Assembly: GCA_001662655.1 (NCBI GenBank)
Contig: KV460223.1
From: Pseudogymnoascus verrucosus
Lineage: Eukaryota
Reading direction: 5' to 3' (one strand)
Length of the DNA stretch: 64,000 nt
How positions within the stretch are numbered: position 1 is the first letter of the stretch; each line of letters opens with the position of its first letter. The translations under genes were made by a program, and so were the position numbers. Below are positions 1 through 12,509 of the stretch, one piece after another. The notes below the pieces were generated by a model. The model searched no databases, was not told the origin of the DNA, and saw only the letters and a list, made by a program, of their open reading frames with translations.

Positions 1-8
1 ATGTGGAG

Positions 9-399
9 TTAGCCGTAGTGGCAGTGGCAGTCACAGTAACAGTGGTTGTATGCGTCACAGAGACACTGGCGGGGTTAGCTATGCTTCGTTGGATCATTGT
101 GGGAGGGGGTGGGGGACGAACCTTTGATGCAGCGCAGTTGAGGAAGGCGCTGCCGCCAGCGCAGTAATGGGGGCAGGCTGGGAGAGGGGTTAGATTGGTG
201 GTGTTTGTGGTAGTGGGGACTACCTGGGGAGAAGGAGGTAAGTCTTACGGACGCATTCGCGTTTGCCCTGTAGAGTGTCAGTTAGAATGATTAGAGATTA
301 GGGGACGGGACCACGAACAAGAACCTGCGAGCTCTCCACCTCAGTGGGTGCCGCGAGGGCAGTAGCTGTTACGAGTGCGAGGACGTAGAAGAGCTTCAT
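9..399 (-). CDS. Small secreted Cys-rich prepropeptide (68 aa, 4 exons; 40-aa mature part with 10 Cys)
   Basis: Exons 399-325, 267-249, 177-122 and 65-9 are joined by GT..AG introns with CTAAC branch sites. They give MKLFYVLALVTATALAAPTEVESSQGKR-ECVPCPHYCAGGSAFLNCAASKCLCDAYNHCYCDCHCHYG*, with a signal peptide and a Kex2-type KR site. A TATA-like TATAAAA lies about 100 bp upstream. Not in the ORF track. Confidence 0.85.
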
Positions 400-1429
400 G
401 GTGTCGATATCTGTGTGTAAGTCTGTATAGTGATTCTCAGTGTTATCTCTCTTTCTCTCTCTCATACCAGTGCCTTCGGCGGTAGAGGCATCCTTTTATA
501 CACCATCACCTCCACCAAGATCAGGAGAATCCAAGCTACGTAAGCGGCAGATCTTCTCCCCGCATTACGGGATGAGATAGAGGAAACACAGGCCATTATC
601 GGGCCTTTGACGGAGTGTGGGTGGGAGGCGCTGGGGGGTGACGAGGATAAATGGAAGAAGCTAGATATAGAGCTTGCCTGTGAGGGGTAGTGAAATGCGG
701 GGGGGGTGGTTCGATGTGAACCCCCAGGGACTATCCAGAGAGCATAAGGAGTTGGAGTCGTCAGTCGGACTATGAGGCAGGCTGGTAGCTGGATGCCATG
801 ATTCGTGGGGCTTTTTTAGGTGCATAGAAGGACCGGTGATAAGACCGAGCGGCGAGTTCGAGACGGGATTGCCATGCAGTGATAGAAGCTCTGCGCACTA
901 TAACATATCAATGGGCCGAGTACTAAGGGTTGAGGGGAGTTTCTGCGTCGTATTCAAGAGGGCCAATGGCAGGAGGAGACGTTCCGCGGAGCTCTTGATA
1001 TCAAACTATTAGACTGGAGGTGCATCATAAGAGCAAGCTTAGGGAGTCAATCTCCAAGAGTTCACAATGCCACTACCTTTGTCAAACAATGATCCTCCAT
1101 ATCTCCATATTCTCCCAATCAGATCCGCCGGCTTGCTAGCTAGCTAAACTACCCATACGAATTCGCGCTTAAGCGTATATAAAAGCTCCCCTCCATCCAA
1201 GCTCCCTGAGAGGTTATCGAGAATTTCATTCCGGTTACAGTGATATTATTTGGCCCTCCCTGTGTTTTAACGCCGTAGAAACTAATGGGTACCGACATGA
1301 GAAAATCGTGAGGACACCTTATTGAAGTTTTATAGTTAATAATTTAGGACCAAAATCGGCCACGGCGACATGAATGCCCACTGTCTTCATCACAACCAAC
1401 AGTTCTCATTCCAACTTCTAAGTTGTAGA

Positions 1430-1913
1430 TATAGAAAGAACGATTACCAAGCAACCTCAGTCGTAGCTTCCCTGGATGTTTGAATCCTTATATATGGAAG
1501 GAACGATTACCAAGCAACCACAGTCGTAGCTTCCCTGGAACTTTGAATCCCTATATATGGAAAGAACGATTACAAAGTAACCAGTCGCAGCTTCCCTAGA
1601 GCTTTCAGCCTCATATATGGAAGGGACGGTTGCTGAGCAGACAGTCGCAGCTTCCCTGTAGCTTTCGGGTTTTATATATGGAAAGAACGATTACCAAGCA
1701 AGCTGTCGCACCTTCCTCAGAACTTTCAAACCATATGTACGGAAAGAACGACTACCAAGCAAAGGCTCAATCGTAGCTTCCTTGGGGATTTTCAGCCCTA
1801 TATATGGAAAGAACGATTACAAAGCAAGCGATCGCAGCTTCCTTAGCGCTTTGAAATCTCATAGATGGAAAGAACCATTGCCAAGCAATGCACCCGTCGC
1901 AGCTTCCTTGGAG
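1430..1913. repeat. Degenerate tandem repeat, ~61-65 bp unit, 8 copies
   Basis: The motif TATATATGGAAAGAACGATTACCAAGCAA..GTCGYAGCTTCC recurs, with GAACGATT-like cores near 1438, 1501, 1564, 1624, 1685, 1746, 1811 and 1872. Confidence 0.9.
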
Positions 1914-3048
1914 CATAGCTTCCAATTCAGTAGATTCACAAACCCATCACTTTTGGTGATATGATGCTTAGAACACAAAAGACCTCTCGACCAAGCCACA
2001 CATAGCTAGCCAATACTCGACTCGGTGAGAAGATAATTCGATTGCCAACAAGAGTATACTAACAAAAAAGGCTTGCTAGATCTCTGTAGAAGACGTCTAT
2101 TGTCTTGAGAAAAGAAAGGGATACATCAATTCTCTTCTTTACGAACTACTTGCCGTCACTCTCTAGCCGCATTTGCAGCTCTCCCTTTTTATAAACAAGC
2201 ATCTTCTCCAAATTGTTTTCATGAGAGGTCGTAAATCTAGACCGGAGGGTTTAAAACACGTAAGCGGTAAACACGACGATCGCTAGTCACGTGTTATGCA
2301 GCCGCGCGATTTTACAGAGATTTACAACGCATAACAAGGAACACGTGAACCTAGCCTAAAGCACGTGCGACCTCAAAATAGGTCTTTGTGCTGCCCTGTT
2401 GTTCCTTTTTCACTCCCCACAGTGACCATCCCAACTTTCCATCCAATCAGCGACCTCGCTGTCACGTAACAGAAACCCCGCTTCTCCTTGGCTGCACGGG
2501 CCATCTGGAAATCCAGACCCATCACGCTCCCAGATCGATAGGCTTGGCCTGCTCGGGTGGGACTAGGCCCTTCGCCAAGACTCGCTTATTACGAAATATG
2601 GTGCAGGGGAGACTGCGCGTGATGGCGTTAGTGGCGGGAAGGAGGGGCGCCAAGGAGGGGGAGGGGTCACTGTGCAAGGAAGGACAGGGGGCGTGGGGCG
2701 GGGAAGAGATTTTTGAGGTGCGTGACGCCAGTTGACGTGATGATGGGGCGGATGAGTGGAAATGGGGCAAAGAATGGAGAGGGATATATGACTGCGTGCC
2801 CCAAGAATATGGGGAAGGAAAAGCAAGAGCAATTATGGGGTTATAGCACGACGGGAATTGACTGTACGAACACACATACGATACCAGTCATTTATATCAC
2901 TCATGAATCTGATACTCACGATACTGGAGAATAACCTCACATTTCCCACAAACGAACACCTATAGCTACAGCGCTAGTAACTACGAATAACCTCACAATC
3001 CCCACAAACAAACATATACCAACCTCCAAAACAACCGCAACCGCAAAA

Positions 3049-3495
3049 ATGGCTTTCTCCATCGCCGAACCCGCACCCACCCCTCTCCCGAACCACTACA
3101 CGCCCGCTGGCCGCGGCGGCGCAGGGAACATGTACAAACCCTCCTTCTCGCCACCTCTGACACGAAGCACCACCGCCTCCTCCAGCGGCTCCACGCTCTC
3201 CAAGTCCTCCTCGAGCTCCAGCACCTCGAGCCTCGGCAAGTCCTCCACCAGATCCAGCACCTCCTCGCAGCGCGTCTTCGCAGGCCGCGGCGGTGCAGGA
3301 AATGTTCGCCCACGGGCAGAGGAGGAGCCATTCAGCTTCGCAGAGGAAGTGCGGGAGCAGACTCGCAGAGAGGCGAGGGAGAAGACATGGGTTGTTGGAC
3401 GCGGAGGAGCCGGAAACTATGCGAGTAAGGGAGACAGGGAGGGTGAGAAGAGAGGACTTCTGGGGAGGATCGGAGGGGTTCTGAGCAGAGCATAA
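3049..3495 (+). CDS. Par32-like / DUF3602 protein with three GRGGAGN motifs
   Basis: 148-aa ORF with GRGGAGN three times, separated by Ser-rich low-complexity sequence. This motif characterises yeast Par32/DUF3602 proteins. Confidence 0.8.
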   Translation: MAFSIAEPAPTPLPNHYTPAGRGGAGNMYKPSFSPPLTRSTTASSSGSTLSKSSSSSSTSSLGKSSTRSSTSSQRVFAGRGGAGNVRPRAEEEPFSFAEEVREQTRREAREKTWVVGRGGAGNYASKGDREGEKRGLLGRIGGVLSRA

Positions 3496-3967
3496 ACTGG
3501 ATTGTGCACTGCTCGACGCACCACATCATACCACGCCCGGCACGAATACGTTATGTAGACGTTCGCCCGGAATCCACACACGAAGCAGAATCGAAGAAGA
3601 CGGGAGAGAAGAGAAAGGAGCATTTCATACTGTCAATATACCCCACACCGGCTCATTCACGGAGTCTTGCGATGTTTTCACACACACAACGGCGCATATG
3701 GGGGAATAATGGGAAAGACGAGGAAAAAAGCAGGATTTTATTTTTATTTTAAGGCCAAGGGAACATCAAGGAGTCGAGGATAGCCAGGGGGAAAGGCACA
3801 ATGCCAGCAGAGAGGATCAGAGAGGATAGCTTCATGAAGAAGAAGACACTAGGGCGGATAGCTTGTAATACAATCACCACTACCACTCCATTTCAGCTGT
3901 TCCATTTTTAAATCATCGCGTGCATTCAGTCCTAAAAGGAGTTATATTACATTCCACTTCGCCAGCC

Positions 3968-4228
3968 CTATCTCCCACCCCACCCTCCCATACCCCCAGG
4001 TCCAAAAGTCGGCCCCTGCCCACCATACCCCCACCCTCCGCCATTCATCCCCGTATAAGGCACTCCCGTGTTCCCGCCCATATTGGGAGACGCACCCGTG
4101 TATGGCGCTTGAGGGGGGTAGCCGCCGCCTCCGTTGCTGCTGCTGCCGGGGTAGCCGTATCCGGGATAGCCGCCGCCGGGGTATCCGCCGCAGTCGCCTC
4201 CGCCGCCGGGACAGCTGGGACAGGACAT
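3968..4228 (-). CDS. Gly/Tyr/Pro-rich low-complexity small protein (86 aa)
   Basis: ATG in a good fungal context (CACAAAAATG), an A/C-rich leader and an upstream TATA-like element near 4400. The protein is built of GGY/YPG repeats. Confidence 0.5.
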   Translation of the reverse strand: MSCPSCPGGGGDCGGYPGGGYPGYGYPGSSSNGGGGYPPQAPYTGASPNMGGNTGVPYTGMNGGGWGYGGQGPTFGPGGMGGWGGR

Positions 4229-5008
4229 TTTTGTGGGTTGTTGGTGGTTTTAGTTGGTTGGTTGGTTGGTGGTGTGTTTTTAGTTTGAGTTTTGCGTCTG
4301 GGTTTGGTTTGAGGTTGTGTTGCAATTTGAGATGTGCGTGTGGAGATGTGTTTTGTAAATGGAGAAGAGAGAGGGAGGGGAGGCGTAGAGGAGGGGGTTA
4401 TATGCACTTCTCAGCGTGGGAATGGGAGAATGCGCGAGTTGAGAGTCTTAATGGGGAATAAATCATATTTGCTGTATCTACCTTCTATTCAGTTAAGGTG
4501 GTGGAATCATCTTTGTTTTTCGGCTCGAAATGGCTTTCTGTTTCTGCCGCAAGTAGGATGGGATGAAGCGGATGCCTTTCAACAAAACCTGTAGCAGATG
4601 GAAAAAGGTTGGATCGAACCTTACGGTAAAGGAGTTAAGAAGTTGTCTCTCAATATTACTTGTAACTAATATTGTTTGAATTATACTCTTATACATAACA
4701 ATTTAATAAGAATCTTATAATTTTTGGAATTAAAATTAGAATTGAATATATTGTATAACACCCTCTTTTCTTTAGATTTTTTGACGCCGTCAAATAGCTT
4801 CCACGCGTAGACAGAAAAAAACAAGCGATAGCAGTAATCGTATTCTAAGCCCCAACTTAACCAATAGGCATGTCTTGTATACCTCTGAACGAACTTCACG
4901 GACATCAGTGGACACGGTTTATTACCCGAAGTTCCTTTCAAAAAACGTCGTTAGACTTTCTCTTCTCTCCTCATGCAATGGAGCATCTCTAAGCAACGGG
5001 ACCCGGAA

Positions 5009-6010
5009 TTATGGAATCAGCAATTCGTATCTGTTCAGACGATGTTGGAAAGCTTGCTTAATAGAGCCCAGTGGGAACGGAACAGTCGTCCGCGTGGGAT
5101 AATGGCCTTTGAGCACACGGCTCATCCACTTCAGATCGAACGGCGTATCCCCATCGCCCAGGTCTAACCAGCGCGTAATGACCACCGCTATACCCTTCGT
5201 GCTAAAGTCCTTGGTGTCGATCTGGAACTCGACAGGGCAGACGTGGCACTGGGATAACCCCTCACACACTATACAAACCAACTTATTGTCCGTGTTATTC
5301 AGAATATCTTGCAGGTGCCTTGTTCGACGGGCTACCTTATTCGCAACAAAGTCATGGAACATTGTTACATGGGGGTAGGCGATTAATTGTATGGAATCAG
5401 GAGGAGGAAGATCTCTGATCTTCCTATCTCGGTACAGAATCCAATTTTGATGGCGGAACAAGAGATGGCCGTTCGCAATCCGACAAATAGATACCTTTTG
5501 GTAGTTTACTCCAGGTAGATATGTCGTGTCCAGTCCAGAGAGCAAACACAGCAACTTGCTGCAATGGATACCCCGGCGATGAAGCACCATGACCGAGCGG
5601 AATGTGATGTCGTGGAACTGTTTGCCAAGATACAGGGACACGGCATTCTCTTCGTCGGTGACCATTGACGGTATCCTTGCGTCTCGAACGCGTATCATGT
5701 TCCGATGTCGTACCTCTAAACAGCGATGATGCAGCAAGCAGCATTCGCATTCGGGATCCAATAGCATGTCTAGAAGAGGAGTCTTATTGAACGCCTTACG
5801 ACGCAGCGGATCGAGATGTTCGTTTCCAAGGATAAGACGGATTCCCCGGCAGCTTAGAGCGAATGAGGCAGCGGCCAATGGTGGGAGGAAATCAGCTATA
5901 TATATCACGAGTTCGATGGGGAGCGTTTTAAATGGCCCGCGATCTTGGTTAACGCGTTGGAGTGAGAATTGAGAGTCGACGAGCGACGTAAGCGATGTAC
6001 ATGTTGCCAT
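5009..6010 (-). CDS. F-box domain protein
   Basis: 333-aa ORF with an N-terminal F-box-like LPIELVIYIADFLP..AASFALSCR and a C-terminal CxxC..TRWLDLG region typical of fungal F-box orphans. Confidence 0.75.
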   Translation of the reverse strand: MATCTSLTSLVDSQFSLQRVNQDRGPFKTLPIELVIYIADFLPPLAAASFALSCRGIRLILGNEHLDPLRRKAFNKTPLLDMLLDPECECCLLHHRCLEVRHRNMIRVRDARIPSMVTDEENAVSLYLGKQFHDITFRSVMVLHRRGIHCSKLLCLLSGLDTTYLPGVNYQKVSICRIANGHLLFRHQNWILYRDRKIRDLPPPDSIQLIAYPHVTMFHDFVANKVARRTRHLQDILNNTDNKLVCIVCEGLSQCHVCPVEFQIDTKDFSTKGIAVVITRWLDLGDGDTPFDLKWMSRVLKGHYPTRTTVPFPLGSIKQAFQHRLNRYELLIP

Positions 6011-9000
6011 TTTCGACGACAGCCTCTAGTTTTGTCTGGACATAGATGGATCAACTTCAGAGACTGAGATTTTTTAATTGTTAACATGCCAAACTGTGGT
6101 GTTGTGCGCAGCGATGTTAGCTACCACGCCACTTACAGCGTGTCCTCAATACCAGGGGTCTGGCGTGAGTTATGAACCCATAGGTGTATGATGTAAAGTA
6201 GGGATCACAAGCAGGAGATAAGGAATGAACTGATGTTCAAGGGGGTGAAGGACTGGAAATTATTACAGCGACTTAAAATGATACCGAATAATACAGCTAC
6301 CATAGACGAGATAAAAATCTACCTAGTAGGTAGGTAGCGACCACGTCAGACCACGCGCTGCTCGCCTGCGGAATTGTATGGAGTAAGTAGATAGAACAAT
6401 AGGAAATAGAGAGAAAAATATAGGACTATACTTCTTAGGAACAGGAAAGGCAATAGAGATTCTATCTCGAATGAGCAAATAGACGGTAGAAAACACACAT
6501 ACCTACGAAAAAAGCCCAGAGCCTCCCACCCACGCGAACGCCCCTCTATGTGAAATAAACCAACTGCAGATTTTATCAAGCAAGCCGAGTCAGAGCCCGA
6601 CATTAGACCGGGCAAGGCGAGAATACCCTCCTTCGTAAGCCTCACAACCAACACAGTCTAAGACTGTCACCTTCCCTCGTCCTCACCGCGACTAACCGAT
6701 ATGCATCGACGAGGCAAACGTATAGACACGCCGAAACCGGCGCATCCATACATCTCACCTCTAGTCTCTTAGCGTTTGTAAGCTTAGACTGCCCGAATTA
6801 TGGCCCCCAGTGCCGCCCCCACCCCTTGATCTCGGCTGAAGACAGCAGTCTCGTGCACATCACGGCATCTGGCCCCCTATCCGCCCGTGGAGCAGGCTCT
6901 AGACCCGTTGCGCTCGGTATGCGCGGTTCCAGCTTCCTTCCTAGGGGTGACGGAACTGAAACCACTGTCATGGATATGACAAGTGCGTCGGTATCGACCA
7001 AACCCTCTCAGCTCTAGCTAGACCGCTGCGAGTGGTCCCTCCCTAGCTCCCTCTTTGGGATGTCTGACCTCGATTCCAGTCCCGGTCGCTGGCACCTCAA
7101 TAATTCCAGACGAGACACCCAACAGCGTCAGGATATCCCATGATTCCTGAGAGACACTTCGGATGAGAGGGAACTCCTCCCCGTAGCCTTTCATGGCTAG
7201 CTGGGACGATCGGGAAAAAACTTCCATTCGTACGTCTACCCACTCGCCCACTCGCTCAGCCACCCGTTCTCTTCCTCCAACCCTCCAGCACCCAGGAAAG
7301 CACCCTGTCGTCACACTGAACTATCCAGCGCGGGCCCCTGCAGTATGCATGCATACCGTAGAGCAAAATAACTTCAGGCATCCGCGGCATCCGGGCCGCA
7401 GCTTCCCTCCCCCTCCCTATTTCCTTCTAAGACCATTGTTCGTTTCGCCGCCTCCCATGCCAGCACCCATCTCACCGTGTCTCTCACCTCAGCTCCCTCC
7501 TGTCGTTCCGCTCGTCCCGTGTCTTTAACCATCCGTCTCCCACTTGAAGCCTGTTGCCGTCGCCATCGTTGAGAGACAGCGACGCTCAGCTCAAGCTATC
7601 CAGACTCTCACCCACACCTCCTGGCCAAGCCACACACTTCCCCTCCCACCCGCAGCGTCTGAAACACTTTTACTTACCTAACCACCCAATCATGACGGAC
7701 TGTAAAACGGGAAAGACACGCATACCTACCCGGCACCAACAGCTCAGCTCGACAGCTTTCTGTAGGATTGGCGCTCTCGTCGGGCCGGTCGATCATCGCC
7801 TCTGCCGAGCTAGGGCTGTTGAGGACGGTTGGTGGTACGAAATTCCTTTGCAATGGGTTGGTAATTGTTTGCTAGGTTAGATCGGTGGCCTTGGTGGTCC
7901 TGGTGGCCCCGGCCGTCTAGGACAGCCTAGGATGATCTAATATTGTTTGCTGGGTATGGGGCCTCCCTAACGGCTTTCGTCAGTGAGCGAACCTCGGTCT
8001 CCCTCCTCCTCCCGCAAGCACTCCCACCTTCCATATCAAACCTCACTACCTCAACAACGCACGCACCTCTCCGCCCGTAGCACCATGCAAGCCCCGCAAC
8101 CTCCAACAGTTCGCCAGTCCTTGGCCAACCACCCCCCCGGGCCCGGGCCCGCGGCGGTACTCTCCGCCCCAATCCCAAGGAAGCGGTGAGACAGCACAGA
8201 CATGCATCCAACGCAGCGTCGTGCCGTGCGTTGGACAGACCCGGGAAGTCGGGATTGAGGGGATTGTCTTGTTTCACGGGGAGATGGGAGGGTGATGTTG
8301 GTTGGCGCGTGAGTTGGGTGATTGGCTGCTTGGTGAGGTGGTGTGCGAGACAGGCGGGACGGATCTGATAAGTTCTGCTGGCAAGTGTGAAACTGGCTGG
8401 CGTAGACCAGCAGCTGCGCCTTGCCTCTCGCAATCTCGTCCGCAGCGTCTCGAACACGCCATCTGCGCTGCTGAGAACGCTGACCGACCACATGGGTCGG
8501 TCGGCCAGCGCCTCGAGCGGGTGTGCGCCGGGACGATGCTCGGTGTTCGGTGCTACTCTGTGAGAAAATGGTGGCATTGAGGGGTTGCACGGAGGGTCCC
8601 AGGTGTGTGGGTTAGGACGGGAAGTGTCTGTTTTGGGGATTGAGAAGAGCCGGGGTGGGATGTTTGCTTGGTCGTGGTCATAGTATTCTAGATATGGCCC
8701 ATGCATGTACTGTACCAATCAATACTCGAGAACAGTACATATCAATAATACGTAGTAACATCGAAATTACCCGAAGATGCGGATGAGAGATGATGTGGTC
8801 AAAAAAACCGACCCAGACCACAGCACGGCCACCCAACCACCTGGATCCATCCCTGAATCCTTCCCTTTCCCATCTCCGCCGGTCCCAATCCGGTGGTCTG
8901 TACAGCGTCTTTCCGCCTAAAATTGCAGCGTTAAGTAGGCTAAAGTACGCTACGCATCCTTCATGCACAACACCAACAGAGGAAGGCGACGGGAAGCAAG

Positions 9001-11024
9001 GGAGCAAAGACAACGGACCACTAAAATGGTAGGTACTCGGCACTTACATATGCTCTTAGCGCATGATATTAGTTAGAGTATCCATACAGAGCAGAGCATT
9101 GTCCTGTACTGTGCTCTGTATGCTGCCTTGTACATGATCACGCACAGCTCAGCCTCTGCACTCGTCGCACAAGCTGGGTCTGTCTTACGTTGGAAGCGTA
9201 CCATAGGAGTGGTTTTGGTCTCATGCTGATTTCCGGTCGCCTGTCTCCTGGGTCGGGGATCCGAGGGACGGGTAGAGAAGAGGACGGGGCGTGTGCTTTG
9301 TGTGCTAATGAGTGACGAGTACCGGGTGCTGGGATTTGCTTATGCCACTGTAGGGAGTGCGGAAGTAAGGGAGCTAAGTACGGTGGAGTAGGGAAGGTAT
9401 GACGGGATGTTTAGGATTGGAATGGAGGTGGATGTCTGAGAACACTATATGGGGAGTACTTCGGGGGAATGTGTGAGATAGGGTCCCCCCTTTTCGATGC
9501 AGACCCTTTACTATAGAGTAGGTACAGCACATATTGCAGACCCTGAAGCTAATATGCAGCAACGATGCGCCGAGATGAGCTAACTACTGCAGTATTCTAA
9601 GCACGGCACTTGGTTTAGAAGGAGTGTCCGTTCCTTCTTCCTTCTACCCGTGCAAAGAGAGCTCTACGGTAACTACCTAAGGTTATATTCCTGCATCATC
9701 CGGAGACATCCGCAATCACCAAAAAGTGGTTTGTCTCAGACACAGTGTCTCATGCGCAGTTGTACTCCACCTAGCTCTATCTTGTACAGCACTGCTCACA
9801 CGCCCCCAAGACATTAATCACAGTGCTACAGGACAGCTCAAGTGCCGTCCTATGTACGACCCTCCCGCTAAACCCTCTTTCTAAACCCTCTTACGAACCC
9901 TCACTCTACTCTGGACCCTTACAGTACTCTACTTACATGCCGTCGACATTACCAACGTTGCCAATGTTACAGTCTTCTATTACTCCACTATTCGCGACTG
10001 GAACCAACTACACAGCTTGTACTACTATTATACTCAAACTGTCCTCCCGTACGACCAACAAATACCTCAACCCACGCATCCGGTCACCCATCACCTCCAC
10101 CCCCCTAACACCCCCCTAACATTCCAACCCGCCCGCACGGACAGCAATCCCGACACTGAGGAACGCGGAAGCGAGAACCGTCAACAGCACCCAGCAAGTA
10201 CTTGTACTTGGTCAGTAGAGGACCCCTAAAGGTAATCCGTGCTCTACTAATAGTAATTTACTAATACTAAACTATATACACTCCCTAGGTATACTATACG
10301 CTCTCTATGTATATTGTAATGTTGCATGCAATACCACCATCCCCTTCCACTAACACCCTATCCAACAACGCCTCCTCCGATTCCTCCCCCCCCAACAATC
10401 CCCCTTCGCTTCCTTTCCCCCTCCTAAAGCAAAATAAAATATTACTTAGCGCTACAGTACGTATTGCCGTACTTCTATACTTCTGTACTTCCTAAATTCC
10501 AAGAGAATTTAGCACCCGCCAGTGGGGATTCCGTAGCTTCCCACCGACACGGCTCCTGGGTTCGTGGGGCTGGACGTGCCCGGTGGGGAACGGGTGGATG
10601 ATGGGTGGGTTGTGCTCGGGGTGGGTGGGCTGCGTCGCTCGATGTATATATATGTATTGTGAGTGTGCGCCTCTCTTTTCCTTGTTCCATTTTCGCTCCC
10701 ATTATTAGGGTTCTATTTCTCCGGGTTGATTAAGAGATTTGATATATACCAAACTGATTTGGAGGCGATATTCAACAGTTGGCTTCCGACCTTGCTTTCT
10801 CCCCTTCTTGCTTATTCTTTAACTCCTACTCTGACGAAAACGGAGGCGCCTCGACGGACCGAACGGCTTTGCGCTTAGTGCGTGCTTGGCTTGCTTCACT
10901 ATCCCACTGGGTGCAAAGTTCTAAACTCGGACTCGACTGAGCCCTAAGAGATTCCGCCTCACCGACGTCTTCCTCGCCTCGCAACGCCACATCTGGGAGC
11001 CACACGCCTTCACCCCCTCTCACC

Positions 11025-12509
11025 ATGCCCTCTCCCACCCCCTCGCCCCCCGGCTCACCCAGCCGCCTCGCGCCCCCTTCCCAACCCGACGAGGCGCGCT
11101 CTCAAATTGTCGAGGCCGACGTGAGCCCCCTCTACCCCTCACAGCAGCACCAATCCTAACTCGCGCCACAGTCGGCATCCAACCACAGCAGCACTGGGGA
11201 GAACTTGTACGTCGCCCCCCCGCGTGCAAGCCCCCCACGCTCTAGAGACGAAGATGAAGGAGAAGATGAAGCTAACGATGACCCCGTTCGCAGCGACATG
11301 TCGACGCGCTCAGTGACGACAAGTGTGTTTAACTTCCATAGGGAAAATGGGAGGACGTATCACGGGTATCGTGCTGGATGTGAGTGTTTAACTTTCTTTG
11401 GTGTGCCGTCTTTTCTTCACTGTGCTGGCTTGCAGTTTTGATTTCTGTTTGTGGTTTACAGCTTCGTTCATCTTGTCGGCCAGCTTCAGCAAGCTTGTTT
11501 TGGACACATCTCCTATTCTTCAACGGGCTTGTTTGAATAGATTTATATGTCTCAATACTCCCATTGCGTTCACCGCTCTCTCGTCCGAAATACTCTCTCA
11601 TCATGTCCTCACCCCCTTAATCCAAACCTCCCACTAACACAACCAGCCTACCACTTCCCCAACGACGCCAACGAAGTCGACCGCCTTGAATACCAACACA
11701 TCCTTGTTAACCACTGCCTGCAAAATAAACTCTTCTACGCCCCTATCCCTCCTCCCCCTTACCCCCTAGCCGTCCTCGACATCGGCACCGGCACCGGAAA
11801 CTGGGCCATCGAAATGGGCGACCTCTACCCAGAAGGCATGATCGAAGCCACAGATCTGTCTCCCATCCAGCCCTCCGCCGTCCCCGCAAACGTGCAATTC
11901 ATCATCGACGACGCCGAGCAGTCCGACTGGGCCATCCCCGAGAACCACTACGATTTCGTGCACACGCGCATCCTCGAGGGCTGCTTCTCCGACATGGGCG
12001 CCGTCATCGCTACCGCCTTCAAACACATCAAGCCCGGCGGCTTCCTCGAGTGCCAGGAGCTCAACCCCTTTCCCCATTGCGATGATGGCACCATGCCCGA
12101 CGACTGGCCCTTCGCGAAGTACGTCGATAAGCTGCAGGAGGCCTCGCTGGAGGTCGGGCGCGAACTCGATGTTGCGCCGAAGCTGCGGGGATGGTTCGAG
12201 GCTGCGGGCTTCGTGGATGTACAGCAGCGGGTGTTCAAGGCGCCGCTGGGCCGCTGGCCGAAAGATCCGGCGATGAAGGACCTCGGGCACTGGTGGGCGG
12301 AGAATATGTCGGTAGGCCTGGCGGCGTTTAGTTTGGCGTATTTTAGTCGCGTGCTGGGGTGGAGCACGGACGAGATTGAGCTGTATCTCGTAGATGTGAG
12401 GAAAAGCTTGATGGATAGGGATGTTCATGCATATCATCGCATGTATGTGGTATGGGGACGCAAGCCAGAGGTCGGAGAAGTGGTGCCGGGGAAGGCGCCG
12501 GCGTCATGA
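11025..12509 (+). CDS. LaeA-like (Llm/UMTA-type) SAM-dependent methyltransferase
   Basis: Exons 11025-11120, 11172-11379 and 11647-12509. Motifs ENGRTYHGYR-GSYHFPND..E..RL, VLDIGTGTGNWA, DLSPIQP and YDFVHTR. Confidence 0.9.

Noticed and set aside
1430..1913. CRISPR-like reading of the repeat array, and the 1782-1964 ORF
   Set aside because: The context is eukaryotic with no cas genes, and the variable parts are homologous to each other rather than unique spacers. The ORF is a by-product of the repeat.
7927..8718. 263-aa minus-strand ORF and overlapping ORFs
   Set aside because: No recognisable motif, and the composition is typical of chance ORFs in GC-rich non-coding DNA.
11766..12437. Long antisense ORFs here and over ALDH, Yippee, TFIIIC and SIS (e.g. 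22086-22781, 25875-26546, 61459-62235)
   Set aside because: These are shadows of the biased codon usage on the real coding strand.
11025..12509. Calling this gene laeA itself
   Set aside because: It has the family motifs, but orthology to LaeA cannot be shown by eye and fungi carry many LaeA-like paralogues.
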